This document shows, piece after piece, positions 30,260 through 39,857 of a stretch of DNA of 64,000 bases. This DNA comes from a virus, in the IMG/VR virus record IMGVR_UViG_3300042527_000802, positions 1-64,000 of that record, one strand, 5' to 3'. The notes under the pieces were generated by a model. It was not told the origin of the DNA, did not search any database, and saw nothing but the letters and a program-made list of their open reading frames with translations. How positions within the stretch are numbered: the first letter of the stretch is position 1; the number at the start of each line of letters is the position of its first letter. The position numbers were made by a program, and so were the translations under genes.

Positions 30260-31101
30260 AAATATTTGGCGTTAGAATGAGTCAGGTTGGAGATATCATA
30301 GTCTCTTTACCTATATTACAAAAACTTTGCGATATTATCTTAGAGCCATACGTTTACTTCAGCGTTGCGCAAAAATCACAACAAATTATACCATTATTAA
30401 AAAATCATCCACTAATTAATCAAATAAAAATTACTGATGAATATGAGGAACTTGGTAGCACAGATTATGAGATTCTAAATCAGTGCGATCTAGTTTTACC
30501 AGTTAGGCCACCACCACCAAAACAATTTGATTGGTATAACCACAGAAGTATAATTGCAGAAACAACAAGGATGGCTGGCTTTAATGAAAAATTTACTGAA
30601 AATATATTACCTTTATTGTATATAAATAGAGATATACCAAAAGTTTTTATAGATAAAACTATCAGCATTTGGCCTTTTGCTGGTTATGGTCATGGTACAT
30701 CAAGAAGTCCTGATTTAAATTGGTGGCTCAAATTTACAGAGCTTTTGCTAAATGAAGGATTTAATATATTACAGTGTGGAACAGACAAAGAACCAAATAT
30801 AGTTAGTAATCAAAACAATAAATTTAAAAGAATAACAGATGCGTCTTTTGATGAACAGATCTATTATAGTCTTGGATGCAACGGTGTTATAGGAACAGAT
30901 TCAGGTTCTATGTGGACAATAGGTGCATATCAATCAATACCACAAATTAATCTTATCACTACCTGGATGCCAAACCACCACTCCAACCACATGGCATTTG
31001 CTCCATTAGGAACTAAAACATATAATTTATTATATAGCAATGGATGTGAAACAATAGAAATATCAAAATTAATAAACTATATTAGAAACACATTTATTTA
31101 A
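30256..31101 (+). CDS. GT9-like glycosyltransferase
   Basis: SQVGDIIVSLP, LL.NHP.I, IGTDSG; ATGA overlap start. Confidence 0.7.
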   Translation: MKIFGVRMSQVGDIIVSLPILQKLCDIILEPYVYFSVAQKSQQIIPLLKNHPLINQIKITDEYEELGSTDYEILNQCDLVLPVRPPPPKQFDWYNHRSIIAETTRMAGFNEKFTENILPLLYINRDIPKVFIDKTISIWPFAGYGHGTSRSPDLNWWLKFTELLLNEGFNILQCGTDKEPNIVSNQNNKFKRITDASFDEQIYYSLGCNGVIGTDSGSMWTIGAYQSIPQINLITTWMPNHHSNHMAFAPLGTKTYNLLYSNGCETIEISKLINYIRNTFI

Positions 31102-31109
31102 AAATTAAA

Positions 31110-32351
31110 ATGAATATTAAACATAGAAAAACTTGTAGAATTTGTGGCAATCCACATTTAACAGAAGTTATAGATTTAGGAGATCAATATTTTCAGGGAT
31201 CATTTATTAAGGATGGTGTTGTTGAACCTCCAAAAAGAAAAACTCCAAATTTTGTAGTAAGATGCGATACTTCTAAAATGGAAAATTCATGTGGACTAAT
31301 ACAAACAAAACATAGCATTCCACCCAGCATACTATATACAAATTATTGGTATCAGTCCGGTATTAGCAATACAATGAAGCAACATCTTAAAAAAATAGTT
31401 GATTATTGTTTATCTATTACAAAATTAAAATCTGGCAATATTTTAGATATAGCATCAAATGATAATACATTGTTACGTAATTATCCGGATTCTTTTTTGA
31501 AAACCGGCGTCGATCCATCTGATATAGCAGGTAAACAAAATGATCCAGACATCAGGGTTATTAATGATATATTTCCAACACCAGTAATAGAAAATGAAAA
31601 ATTTGATATTATAACATCTATAGCCTGTTTTTATGATATAGAAGACCCAGTACACTTCTCAACATGCATCAGGAATATGTTAACAGATGATGGAATATGG
31701 GTCTTTGAAGTCGCATATTGGCCTTCTATGTTAAGCAATTTAGCATACGATAGTATTGTTAATGAGCATATAATTCATTATCATTTAGCTCCACTTGAAT
31801 TTATGTTTGAAAAAGTTGGACTTAAAATTATAAATGCTGAAACCACATCTACCAATGGCGGCAGTGTTATGGTAACTGTCTGCAAAAAGGAAAACTATAA
31901 ATATGATTCTGATATCAATAAAAAAAATCTTGCTAAGTTAAGAATCTATGAATTTGATATGTGCTTGGATGAAGAATCTACCTATCAAGACTTTAGATCA
32001 AGAGTATATGCACAAAAAATCACCTTAATAAATTTAATAAAAGATATTAAATCAAAAAATCAAACTATCCATATATATGGAGCATCAACAAAACTTAATA
32101 CAATTCTTGGATATTGCAATATAGGACCAGATTTGATTGAGTATGCTTCTGAAAGAAGTCCAGAGAAGCATGGAGCAAAAACAATAAGTGGTATCAAATT
32201 AATCTCTGAAAAAGAAAGTTTAAATATGAAACCAGACTATTATTTAGTCGGTCCATATCATTTTAAAGAAGAAATTTTAGAAAGAGAAAAAAGCACTAGA
32301 GAATTAGGAATAAAATTTATTTTTCCTTTACCAATAATAGAAATATTATGA
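31110..32351 (+). CDS. NDP-hexose C-methyltransferase (Zn-binding, TcaB9/NovU-like)
   Basis: CRICG, Y.SG.S.TM..HL, LDIASND..LL, EH..HY, YGASTK.NT, PLP. Confidence 0.85.
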   Translation: MNIKHRKTCRICGNPHLTEVIDLGDQYFQGSFIKDGVVEPPKRKTPNFVVRCDTSKMENSCGLIQTKHSIPPSILYTNYWYQSGISNTMKQHLKKIVDYCLSITKLKSGNILDIASNDNTLLRNYPDSFLKTGVDPSDIAGKQNDPDIRVINDIFPTPVIENEKFDIITSIACFYDIEDPVHFSTCIRNMLTDDGIWVFEVAYWPSMLSNLAYDSIVNEHIIHYHLAPLEFMFEKVGLKIINAETTSTNGGSVMVTVCKKENYKYDSDINKKNLAKLRIYEFDMCLDEESTYQDFRSRVYAQKITLINLIKDIKSKNQTIHIYGASTKLNTILGYCNIGPDLIEYASERSPEKHGAKTISGIKLISEKESLNMKPDYYLVGPYHFKEEILEREKSTRELGIKFIFPLPIIEIL

Positions 32352-32947
32352 TAAAATCAAACTCACAAGCTGGCCAAGATATTTTTGCTTATTATATAAA
32401 TAATTATAACAATAATGGTTTTTTCTTAGATCTTGGTTGTAATGAGCCATTTGCAGGCAATAATACTGCACTTCTTGAATCTAAAGGCTGGTCTGGTATT
32501 TTGATCGATTATAATTTAAATCTTGTTAATATGTGTCGAAATCAAAGAAGAAATACAGTTTTATTAGCAGACTTAAAAAATGAAAACCTATCCTCAATCT
32601 TAGATAATAATCAAGCTCCTAATATTATAGATTATATTTCTATGGATTTAGATTTTGATATTGCTTTGGATTCAATAAAAACTTTTGACTTTACAAAAAG
32701 AAAAATAAAATGTATGACTTTTGAACATGATTTTTATTCTACAAAAAGCTCTATGAAAGATGAATCACGAAAATTTCTCCAATCTGTTGGCTTAACTATT
32801 GTTTGCAAAGATGTTCAAGTTTTCAGAGGCTCAAGTTTTGAAGATTGGTATATTGATAGTAATTTGGTAGACAAAAATATTTATGAGCATATTTTATCTG
32901 ATAATCTTTATTATTCTGAAATCATAGAAAAAATTAATCTAAAATGA
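32348..32947 (+). CDS. FkbM-family methyltransferase
   Basis: SQAGQD, GFFLDLG, NNT..LE..GW.G, IDYISMD, FEDWY. Confidence 0.8.
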   Translation: MIKSNSQAGQDIFAYYINNYNNNGFFLDLGCNEPFAGNNTALLESKGWSGILIDYNLNLVNMCRNQRRNTVLLADLKNENLSSILDNNQAPNIIDYISMDLDFDIALDSIKTFDFTKRKIKCMTFEHDFYSTKSSMKDESRKFLQSVGLTIVCKDVQVFRGSSFEDWYIDSNLVDKNIYEHILSDNLYYSEIIEKINLK

Positions 32948-33966
32948 AATTTTTTGCACATAATAATTGTCTAAATGATCCAAAAGAATTTGGCTCTTTT
33001 ACTGTGGTAGCTCGTAAACTTAATGATCAATTTAAAAGTTTAAATATATTGGGCGATCCAGACTCCAATGATACTTATGTAATATACCCAGAAGTATATG
33101 CTACCGAACGACGATGGCATAAACATATTCCATATTTAGCTTGCGAATACAGTCTTGCTCCACAAATTGTTATTGATAAATTAAATAGTTATAATCCACT
33201 AGTACTAGCTATTAGTAATTTTGCTAAAAAAAACTTAAACAATTCTGGATATAATAAAGTTGAAACTGTGCATTTAGGAACAGATCCGGATTTATGGAAA
33301 CCTGTTTCAGAAGATAAATTTTCTACTTTTACCTATTTAACGGTAAATACTAGCAATGAACGAAGTGGATACGAAAAACTCATTCCGGCTTTTTTAGAGT
33401 TTTCAAAAGATAAAAATGTTAATTTAATTATTAAAGACGGAAATAATCCTAATTTTAAATCATATATAGAATCATTAAATTATGATAAAATTATTTATAT
33501 TGGATCAATGTTGAGTCAAGAAGAACTCAGAAAACTTTATAATAAAAGTCATATATTTTTATATACTAATAATACAACATCTTTTGGTATGAACCCTATG
33601 GACTCTGTATTATGCGGCACTCCATGCATAGTCACCCTAGGATCTGCATTACAAGAATTTATACCAGAATGGACACAACCTATTAAAATTAAAACACAGA
33701 CAGAACAAATAACACCAGAACTAATAAGAGAATGGAATCACTCTGGAATTAACTGTTTTCCAGAAGGATTCTTACAAGTATTTCGTGGTCCTATTTATTG
33801 CGAAAGAGTGATCGAGAAAGATATTCTTAATGCCTTAGAACATTCTTTTGCTAATTATAATACATATCTTGATTTTGTTGAACCGCATAAAGAGTACATT
33901 TTACATAATTTTACATGGCAACAATGCGCGCTTAATTTATTAAAAAAGGTTAAAGATTATGATTAA
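32944..33966 (+). CDS. GT4-like glycosyltransferase
   Basis: AISNF, VHLG.D, LY..SH.F......FGMNP.D...CGTP.I, FTW. Confidence 0.75.
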   Translation: MKFFAHNNCLNDPKEFGSFTVVARKLNDQFKSLNILGDPDSNDTYVIYPEVYATERRWHKHIPYLACEYSLAPQIVIDKLNSYNPLVLAISNFAKKNLNNSGYNKVETVHLGTDPDLWKPVSEDKFSTFTYLTVNTSNERSGYEKLIPAFLEFSKDKNVNLIIKDGNNPNFKSYIESLNYDKIIYIGSMLSQEELRKLYNKSHIFLYTNNTTSFGMNPMDSVLCGTPCIVTLGSALQEFIPEWTQPIKIKTQTEQITPELIREWNHSGINCFPEGFLQVFRGPIYCERVIEKDILNALEHSFANYNTYLDFVEPHKEYILHNFTWQQCALNLLKKVKDYD

Positions 33967-34306
33967 TTTATTGGTAGATGAGGCATATGCTTTTGATTAT
34001 CTCGCAATATTAGAAGTAAAAAAGAACCTATATTGTTCTGAACAAAAAGAAAACACACATAATGAATGCAAGCAATTTTTGTTAAATCAACTCAAAAACT
34101 TTAAAGAAATAATTATATCTAAAGAATATAAAGACTTATACGATATTAATTTATTCACATTCAATCTTATAGATAAACTTAGAGAAGGCAAAGAAATTAC
34201 AGCCCTTGAGATTGATAATGCTAATATGGAAAGATTTTACAAAAAAAAAGCATTACAAGATAAATTTTTTACTAATCCACTGACAGAAGAAAAAATTACA
34301 AAATAA
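33959..34306 (+). CDS. Hypothetical protein (DUF6165-like, glycan-locus associated)
   Basis: D...ILEVK, L..IN, N..R...K pattern. Confidence 0.45.
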   Translation: MINLLVDEAYAFDYLAILEVKKNLYCSEQKENTHNECKQFLLNQLKNFKEIIISKEYKDLYDINLFTFNLIDKLREGKEITALEIDNANMERFYKKKALQDKFFTNPLTEEKITK

Positions 34307-35478
34307 TGAATAATTTTTGGCCACTAAATATTAATAATTTTACTGTTGATGATAGAAAATCTATTTCTAATTTTATTGAAGATACAAAAAATAGATGGAC
34401 TCAAGACATACAAGTAAAAATTTTTGAACAAAAGTTTTCAGAGTTTATTGGGTGTAAATATGCAATTTTTGTTTCTAGTGGATCAACGGCCAATACAATG
34501 CTCGCTCAGTATTTGAGAGATACCACAAAAAAAAATAGAAATAAAATTATATTACCATCAACAACTTGGCAAACATCTTGTTCCCCATGGATTAGAGAAG
34601 GCTTTCAACCGATATTTATTGATATTTCATTAGATGATTTTTGTATAGACATTGAAAAGTTAGAAAAAATGCTACAGCAAGATGCATCTGACATAGCATG
34701 TGTTTTTCCAACATCTTTAATAGGATTTTCTCCTAATATTGAACATATAAAAAATATTACAGACAAATATAATGTTAAATTAATGTTTGATAATTGTGAA
34801 AATACACTAGGGTCATATGATCAAAAAAACTTATCCTCATATGTGACAAGTACAACGTCTACATATTTTGGACATCAAATACAATCAGTAGAAGGAGGTT
34901 TTATATTTACTGATTCTGTAGACGAGTATGAGTATTTTTTGATGCTTCGTAATCATGGAATGACTAGAGGTTTAACAGCATACGGTTTAGATGCTACTAA
35001 ATATCAAAATAATGACGTTGATTCATTTTTTGACTTTTATTGTTTAGGAAATAACTATAGAAATACAGATATTAATGCATTCATAGGACAATTAGATTTA
35101 AATAGAGCTAACTATTATAAAACAAAAAGAATTGAATTATATAGTGTCTATTATGCAAATCTAGACAGAAACAGGTACTATCTGCCAAATATTAACCGTT
35201 CTCTTGCAGAAGATGTGCCATTTTGTTTGCCAATTATATCTTTAGACAGATCTAATAAAAATAAAGCTATAGAAATATGTAGAAACTTATCTATAGAATA
35301 TAGACCAATAATATCAGGTTTTCTGGGGCGTCAAACGTGCTATAGATCATTTTTTAATAATGATACGGAATATAAAAACTCCATATTCTTACACGATCAT
35401 GGATTTTATGTTGGTCTACATCCTCATATAGAACCAAATGATATACAATTATTGTGTGATAAGCTAAATTCTGCATGA
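34306..35478 (+). CDS. PLP/PMP-dependent NDP-4-keto-6-deoxyhexose 3-dehydratase (ColD/RfbH-like)
   Basis: SSGSTAN, DNCE, STYFGHQI.SVEGG with His replacing the aminotransferase Lys. Confidence 0.8.
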   Translation: MNNFWPLNINNFTVDDRKSISNFIEDTKNRWTQDIQVKIFEQKFSEFIGCKYAIFVSSGSTANTMLAQYLRDTTKKNRNKIILPSTTWQTSCSPWIREGFQPIFIDISLDDFCIDIEKLEKMLQQDASDIACVFPTSLIGFSPNIEHIKNITDKYNVKLMFDNCENTLGSYDQKNLSSYVTSTTSTYFGHQIQSVEGGFIFTDSVDEYEYFLMLRNHGMTRGLTAYGLDATKYQNNDVDSFFDFYCLGNNYRNTDINAFIGQLDLNRANYYKTKRIELYSVYYANLDRNRYYLPNINRSLAEDVPFCLPIISLDRSNKNKAIEICRNLSIEYRPIISGFLGRQTCYRSFFNNDTEYKNSIFLHDHGFYVGLHPHIEPNDIQLLCDKLNSA

Positions 35479-35499
35479 CGAGCATTTTACAAAAAAAAA

Positions 35500-35527
35500 T
35501 TGACCTTTCCATTCGATAACGTATGAT
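35500..35527 (+). promoter_or_regulatory. Sigma70-type promoter
   Basis: TTGACC-16 nt-TATGAT in an intergenic gap. Confidence 0.55.
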
Positions 35528-35559
35528 AGATCTGTATTTCACCTCGAAAGGACAATAAG

Positions 35560-35649
35560 ATGCTTGGTGGTTTTTTATTTATCATTATATGTTTTTCTGT
35601 ACTGGTTGGTTATTGTCAAGGAATGTCTGATATTAATTATAGAAAATAA
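35560..35649 (+). CDS. Small single-TM protein (29 aa; not in ORF track)
   Basis: SD aaagga; MLGGFLFIIICFSVLVGYCQGMSDINYRK; fills the gap between promoter and next gene. Confidence 0.5.
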   Translation: MLGGFLFIIICFSVLVGYCQGMSDINYRK

Positions 35650-35651
35650 TT

Positions 35652-36182
35652 ATGAAAAGATTAGCTAATCAAAGGGTTTATCTGGCCGGGGCTATGGATC
35701 GAGTTGCTGACAGAGGAAATGGATGGAGAGATAATATTACTCCATTTTTAGATTCATTAGGAATTATAGTATTCAATCCAATAAAAAAGCCTTCAGTTAT
35801 AGGTATGGAAGATACTGCCACTCATGAATTAAAAGTAAAATTAAAAAATCAAGAGAGGTATGAAGGTCTATCTCAGTTAATGAAAGTTATACGTTCTGTT
35901 GATTTAAGATTAGTCGATATCAGTGATTTTTTGATAGTTAATCTAGATTTAGATATTCATCCTTGTGGAACATATGAAGAAATTTTTTGGGCTAATCGTC
36001 AAAAAAAACCCATAATAATTCATATGGTTCAAGGAAAACAAAAAGCACCAGACTGGTTATTTGGTACTATTCCTCACGAAATGATATTTTCTTCATGGGA
36101 TGATATTAAAGAGTATTTGGATCAAATTAATTCCAAAACAGAAATTAATCATCATAATAGATGGTATTTCTTTAATATATAA
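35652..36182 (+). CDS. Nucleoside 2-deoxyribosyltransferase-like / nucleotide N-hydrolase protein
   Basis: VYLAGAM...WR, FNP, DLRLVD.SD, GTYEE. Confidence 0.75.
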   Translation: MKRLANQRVYLAGAMDRVADRGNGWRDNITPFLDSLGIIVFNPIKKPSVIGMEDTATHELKVKLKNQERYEGLSQLMKVIRSVDLRLVDISDFLIVNLDLDIHPCGTYEEIFWANRQKKPIIIHMVQGKQKAPDWLFGTIPHEMIFSSWDDIKEYLDQINSKTEINHHNRWYFFNI

Positions 36183-36189
36183 ATATCCT

Positions 36190-36393
36190 ATGCCAAAATA
36201 TTATGTGAAATCTGGACAGATAAAATTTGTTATTGACTGCACCGATCACAAATGCGCTATTTTTGCAGCATTAACTCATTATAAGGGGAAGGGTCTTGTA
36301 ACAGGTCCAAAAATTTGCGTTAGCGAACAAGGATTTGAAAGTTTCAAAAAATGGAAATGCTACGATACAGATAAGTTTTTAAAGGATATTTAA
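36190..36393 (+). CDS. Small hypothetical protein
   Basis: MPKYYVKSG...; start reassigned to ATG 36190. Confidence 0.55.
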   Translation: MPKYYVKSGQIKFVIDCTDHKCAIFAALTHYKGKGLVTGPKICVSEQGFESFKKWKCYDTDKFLKDI

Positions 36394-37511
36394 TGCAAAA
36401 AATTATTAATGAAATAAAATTGGATTTTGATGATGTTCTTATTCGTCCAAAAAGATCAACACTAAATAGTCGTTCAGAAGTTTGTATTGAAAAAGAATTT
36501 AAATTTAAATATTCTCCAAGAAAATTATCTGTTGTTCCTATTATGGTGGCTAATATGGATACAGTAGGAACCCTTGCTATGGCCAAAACATTATGCCAAG
36601 CAGGGTCCATAGTTTGTTTACATAAACACTATATCACAACAGATATAATTAATTTCTATACTAATGAACCAAATTCAATTACAGAAAAAGCATTCTACTC
36701 TGTAGGAACATCTGAAAAAGATTTAGAGAAGCTCACTCATGTAACAGAAGCTCTGTATACTAAAGGTAAAAAATCACCAAATATTTGTCTTGATGTAGCA
36801 AATGGCTATACTGAATATTTTGTTAAAATAGCTCATAAAATACGTAAACTATTTCCAGAATCAATTTTAATGGCCGGAAATGTTGTCACTCCAGAAATGA
36901 CAGAAGAACTCATTATTCATGGAGAAGTTGATATAGTCAAAGTTGGTATAGGTTCTGGTAGTGTATGTACCACACGTTTAAAAACTGGCGTTGGATATCC
37001 TCAATTGAGTGCTGTGATGGAATGCTCTGACGCTGCTCATGGTCTTGGTGGACATATTTGTTCAGATGGTGGTTGTAAAGTAGTTGGAGACGTTTGTAAG
37101 GCATTTGGGGCAAATGCTGATTTTGTTATGTTAGGCAGTATGTTTGCTGGTACTGATGAGTGTGAAGGAGAATGGAAATATGAATACTTAACAAGTATGG
37201 GATTTTGGCAACCTTTAAATCCAGAACATCAATTTGAATGTCAAAAAAGAAAAGTGTCACTCCAATATTATGGGATGAGCAGTAAAAATGCTATGGATAA
37301 ACACCATAATGGAGTAGCAAAATACAGAACAGCAGAAGGCAAATGTGTTACAGTTCCATATAAGGGTAAAGCTGAAGAAATATTACAAGATATTTACGGC
37401 GGCATACGAAGTGCCTGTACATATATTGGAGCAAATAAAATAAAAGATTTCGGTAAAAAAACCACGTTTATACAGGTTAATAATACTCATAATAGATTGT
37501 ATGAAAAATGA
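36393..37511 (+). CDS. guaC: GMP reductase
   Basis: LDFDDVLIRPKRSTL.SR, ANMDTVG, LDVANGY, KVGIGSGSVCTTR, YGMSS. Confidence 0.95.
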   Translation: MQKIINEIKLDFDDVLIRPKRSTLNSRSEVCIEKEFKFKYSPRKLSVVPIMVANMDTVGTLAMAKTLCQAGSIVCLHKHYITTDIINFYTNEPNSITEKAFYSVGTSEKDLEKLTHVTEALYTKGKKSPNICLDVANGYTEYFVKIAHKIRKLFPESILMAGNVVTPEMTEELIIHGEVDIVKVGIGSGSVCTTRLKTGVGYPQLSAVMECSDAAHGLGGHICSDGGCKVVGDVCKAFGANADFVMLGSMFAGTDECEGEWKYEYLTSMGFWQPLNPEHQFECQKRKVSLQYYGMSSKNAMDKHHNGVAKYRTAEGKCVTVPYKGKAEEILQDIYGGIRSACTYIGANKIKDFGKKTTFIQVNNTHNRLYEK

Positions 37512-38566
37512 ATATAAATATATCTTGTCCAATAAATAGTACTGGCTATGGCGTAGCATCGTTGAACATTCTAAGAGAATTAGTTCAATCAAATAATATA
37601 TCATATCTCCCCATAGGTGGAATATCTGTTGATAATCGTGAAGATTATGATATGATGCAAAATCTAGTTCAATCAAAGAGCGAGCCAGACATACATTCGC
37701 CGTTCATCAAGATCTGGCATCAGTTTGATTTGGCCATGAGATTTGGTAGAGGAAAATATTTTGCTTTACCATTTTTTGAATTAGATACATTTAATAATAG
37801 AGAGAAACAACACCTATCAGTGCCCGATATGGTATTTGCAACTTCTGAATGGGCAAAAGGAGTTATTAAAAATAATATTCCTGGTGTTGAGTGCCAAGTT
37901 GTTCCTCTTGGAGTAGACAGCAGAATATTTAATCATAATAAGATTCAAAAACTTAGAAATGATGGTAAATATGTATTTCTTAATATAGGAAAATGGGAAA
38001 AAAGAAAAGGACACGATTTTATTATTGATTTATTTAATCAAGCTTTTTCAGATACAGACGATGTAGAACTATGGATTCTTGCATCAGAAACAACCAATAG
38101 TTACTCTTCTGCTGAAGAAATTGCCGAATGGAAGAAAAAGTATTCTCATCCTAAAGTTAAAATTTTTTCTGGTGTTAAATCTCATCAAGAGATAGCCTAT
38201 TTGATAGCAGAGTCAGATTGTGGTCTGTACCCATCACGAGCAGAAGGGTGGAATCTGGAATTATTAGAAACTATGAGTATGAATAAACCTGTTATAGCAA
38301 CTAATTTTTCAGCACATACAGAATATTGCACTAAAGAGAATTCATATCTGATAGATATAGACAGTACAGAATCTGCACATGATGGTAAAGCATTTCAAGG
38401 ACAAGGAAATTGGGCAAAAATAGGTCAATCTCAAAATGATCAAATCATAGAATATATGAAACATTTATATAAAAATAGAATAGATACTAATTTAGCCGGA
38501 TTAGAGACTGCTCAAAAATTTTCATGGAAAAACTCTGCAAATCAAATTATGGGGTATATATCCTAA
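37508..38566 (+). CDS. GT4 glycosyltransferase
   Basis: TGYG, VPLGVD, GKWEKRKG, PSRAEGWNL..LE.M..NKPVI. Confidence 0.85.
   Translation: MNINISCPINSTGYGVASLNILRELVQSNNISYLPIGGISVDNREDYDMMQNLVQSKSEPDIHSPFIKIWHQFDLAMRFGRGKYFALPFFELDTFNNREKQHLSVPDMVFATSEWAKGVIKNNIPGVECQVVPLGVDSRIFNHNKIQKLRNDGKYVFLNIGKWEKRKGHDFIIDLFNQAFSDTDDVELWILASETTNSYSSAEEIAEWKKKYSHPKVKIFSGVKSHQEIAYLIAESDCGLYPSRAEGWNLELLETMSMNKPVIATNFSAHTEYCTKENSYLIDIDSTESAHDGKAFQGQGNWAKIGQSQNDQIIEYMKHLYKNRIDTNLAGLETAQKFSWKNSANQIMGYIS
38551..38560 (+). promoter_or_regulatory. Candidate phage late-promoter motif GGGGTATATA
   Basis: 32 nt upstream of ATG 38583; member of the recurring GG(T/G)GTA motif set. Confidence 0.4.
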
Positions 38567-38582
38567 GAACAGGAGATACTCT

Positions 38583-39236
38583 ATGCCAATACCAAAACCA
38601 GAACAAGGCGAAAAAACCAAAGACTTTATTGCTCGTTGCATGGGCAATGATACAATGGTAAAAGATTATAAAGATAATGGCCAAAGATATGCTATATGCA
38701 TTTCTCAAACCAAAAGAGATAAAAAATCAACAAAATCTTCAGTTTTAGACGATGCATTAGAAGCGTTGTCTTATATTTTAGAATATGAAGAAGGATTTAC
38801 TGAAGAATTAACAGATGCAAATATTGTGGTTCCAAGCGAATCCGACTACGTTGATTTTGGTGAGACAGTGGAAGAGTTTGAAATCCAAGCTAAATATGAG
38901 TTTGAGGATCCAAAAACAAACGAAATCTACTACTACAATAGAATGGGCAATTGGAAAAAAGACGGTAGATCATTAATATTTAAAGGAAAAGCTTCAGAAT
39001 ATCAAGGTAGAAAAGTACAGCTAAACAAACCATTTAGAACTTCAGATGGTCCAAAAAAATTCAGTGTTTATGTTAAAAACGATAAAGGGAATGTTGTTAA
39101 GGTTAATTTTGGCGATCCAAATATGAAAATCAAAAAGAATATTCCTGAGCGACGTAGAAGTTTTAGAGCAAGACACAATTGCGATAATCCTGGTCCAAAA
39201 TGGAAAGCTCGTTACTGGTCATGTAAAGCCTGGTAA
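38583..39236 (+). CDS. Modular phage hypothetical protein (putative head-internal)
   Basis: N-terminal MPIPKP..GE...DFI.RCM...QR.AIC and C-terminal VKVNFGDPNM..K...P.RR.SFRARH.C.....ARYWSC motifs, both of the kind seen in large-phage hypotheticals. Confidence 0.6.
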   Translation: MPIPKPEQGEKTKDFIARCMGNDTMVKDYKDNGQRYAICISQTKRDKKSTKSSVLDDALEALSYILEYEEGFTEELTDANIVVPSESDYVDFGETVEEFEIQAKYEFEDPKTNEIYYYNRMGNWKKDGRSLIFKGKASEYQGRKVQLNKPFRTSDGPKKFSVYVKNDKGNVVKVNFGDPNMKIKKNIPERRRSFRARHNCDNPGPKWKARYWSCKAW

Positions 39237-39260
39237 TTAATTATTTTAAAAGGAAACAAT

Positions 39261-39851
39261 ATGCAATCAATAGAAGACTTAATTAAAGCACAAGAAATAG
39301 TCATACAACCAACTGAGCAATCAGAACAACAAACACCACAAGAAGAGAATCTAGACAATCAAATACAAGCACAAGAAGTACCAGGATATTCATCAGATAC
39401 TGTCATTGAATTACTAAAACAATCATTAAATATTCACTGGCAACAGACCACGAGCCTTTCTGCACAAGCTATGCATTTAGAGCGTTGGGGATATACAAAA
39501 TTAGCTGATATAATTAGAAAAGACGCAGAAGAAGAACATCAACACGCTATTGTTAATATAAAAAGATTAGAATTTTTTGATGTTGATTATCAACCATTAG
39601 TCATAAGCCCCCCAGTTTGGAAAAGGCACGATATGTTAGGCATGATTCAATACAATCTAAATAGTGTTAGAGAAGCATCAGCAACAGAAAGAGCAACTAT
39701 TGTTGCTGCTAGAGCTATTGGGGATGAAATTACTGCAAATATTATGATACCACTACTACAAGGTAGTGAAAATGGTATTGAATTATATGAAGGATATTTA
39801 AAACTTATTGAACAAATGGGTATCGATAACTTCTTGAGTATACAGGTTTAA
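39261..39851 (+). CDS. Bacterioferritin-like protein with degenerate ferroxidase centre
   Basis: WGYTKLA...EEHQHA....RL.F and C-terminal LIEQMGIDNFL..Q match Bfr; several iron ligands substituted. Confidence 0.75.
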   Translation: MQSIEDLIKAQEIVIQPTEQSEQQTPQEENLDNQIQAQEVPGYSSDTVIELLKQSLNIHWQQTTSLSAQAMHLERWGYTKLADIIRKDAEEEHQHAIVNIKRLEFFDVDYQPLVISPPVWKRHDMLGMIQYNLNSVREASATERATIVAARAIGDEITANIMIPLLQGSENGIELYEGYLKLIEQMGIDNFLSIQV

Positions 39852-39857
39852 AGCCTG

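Noticed and set aside
14111-38566. Cellular LPS/O-antigen locus
   Set aside because: No flippase, polymerase, ligase or initiating phosphoglycosyl transferase; flanked by and interleaved with phage-type genes
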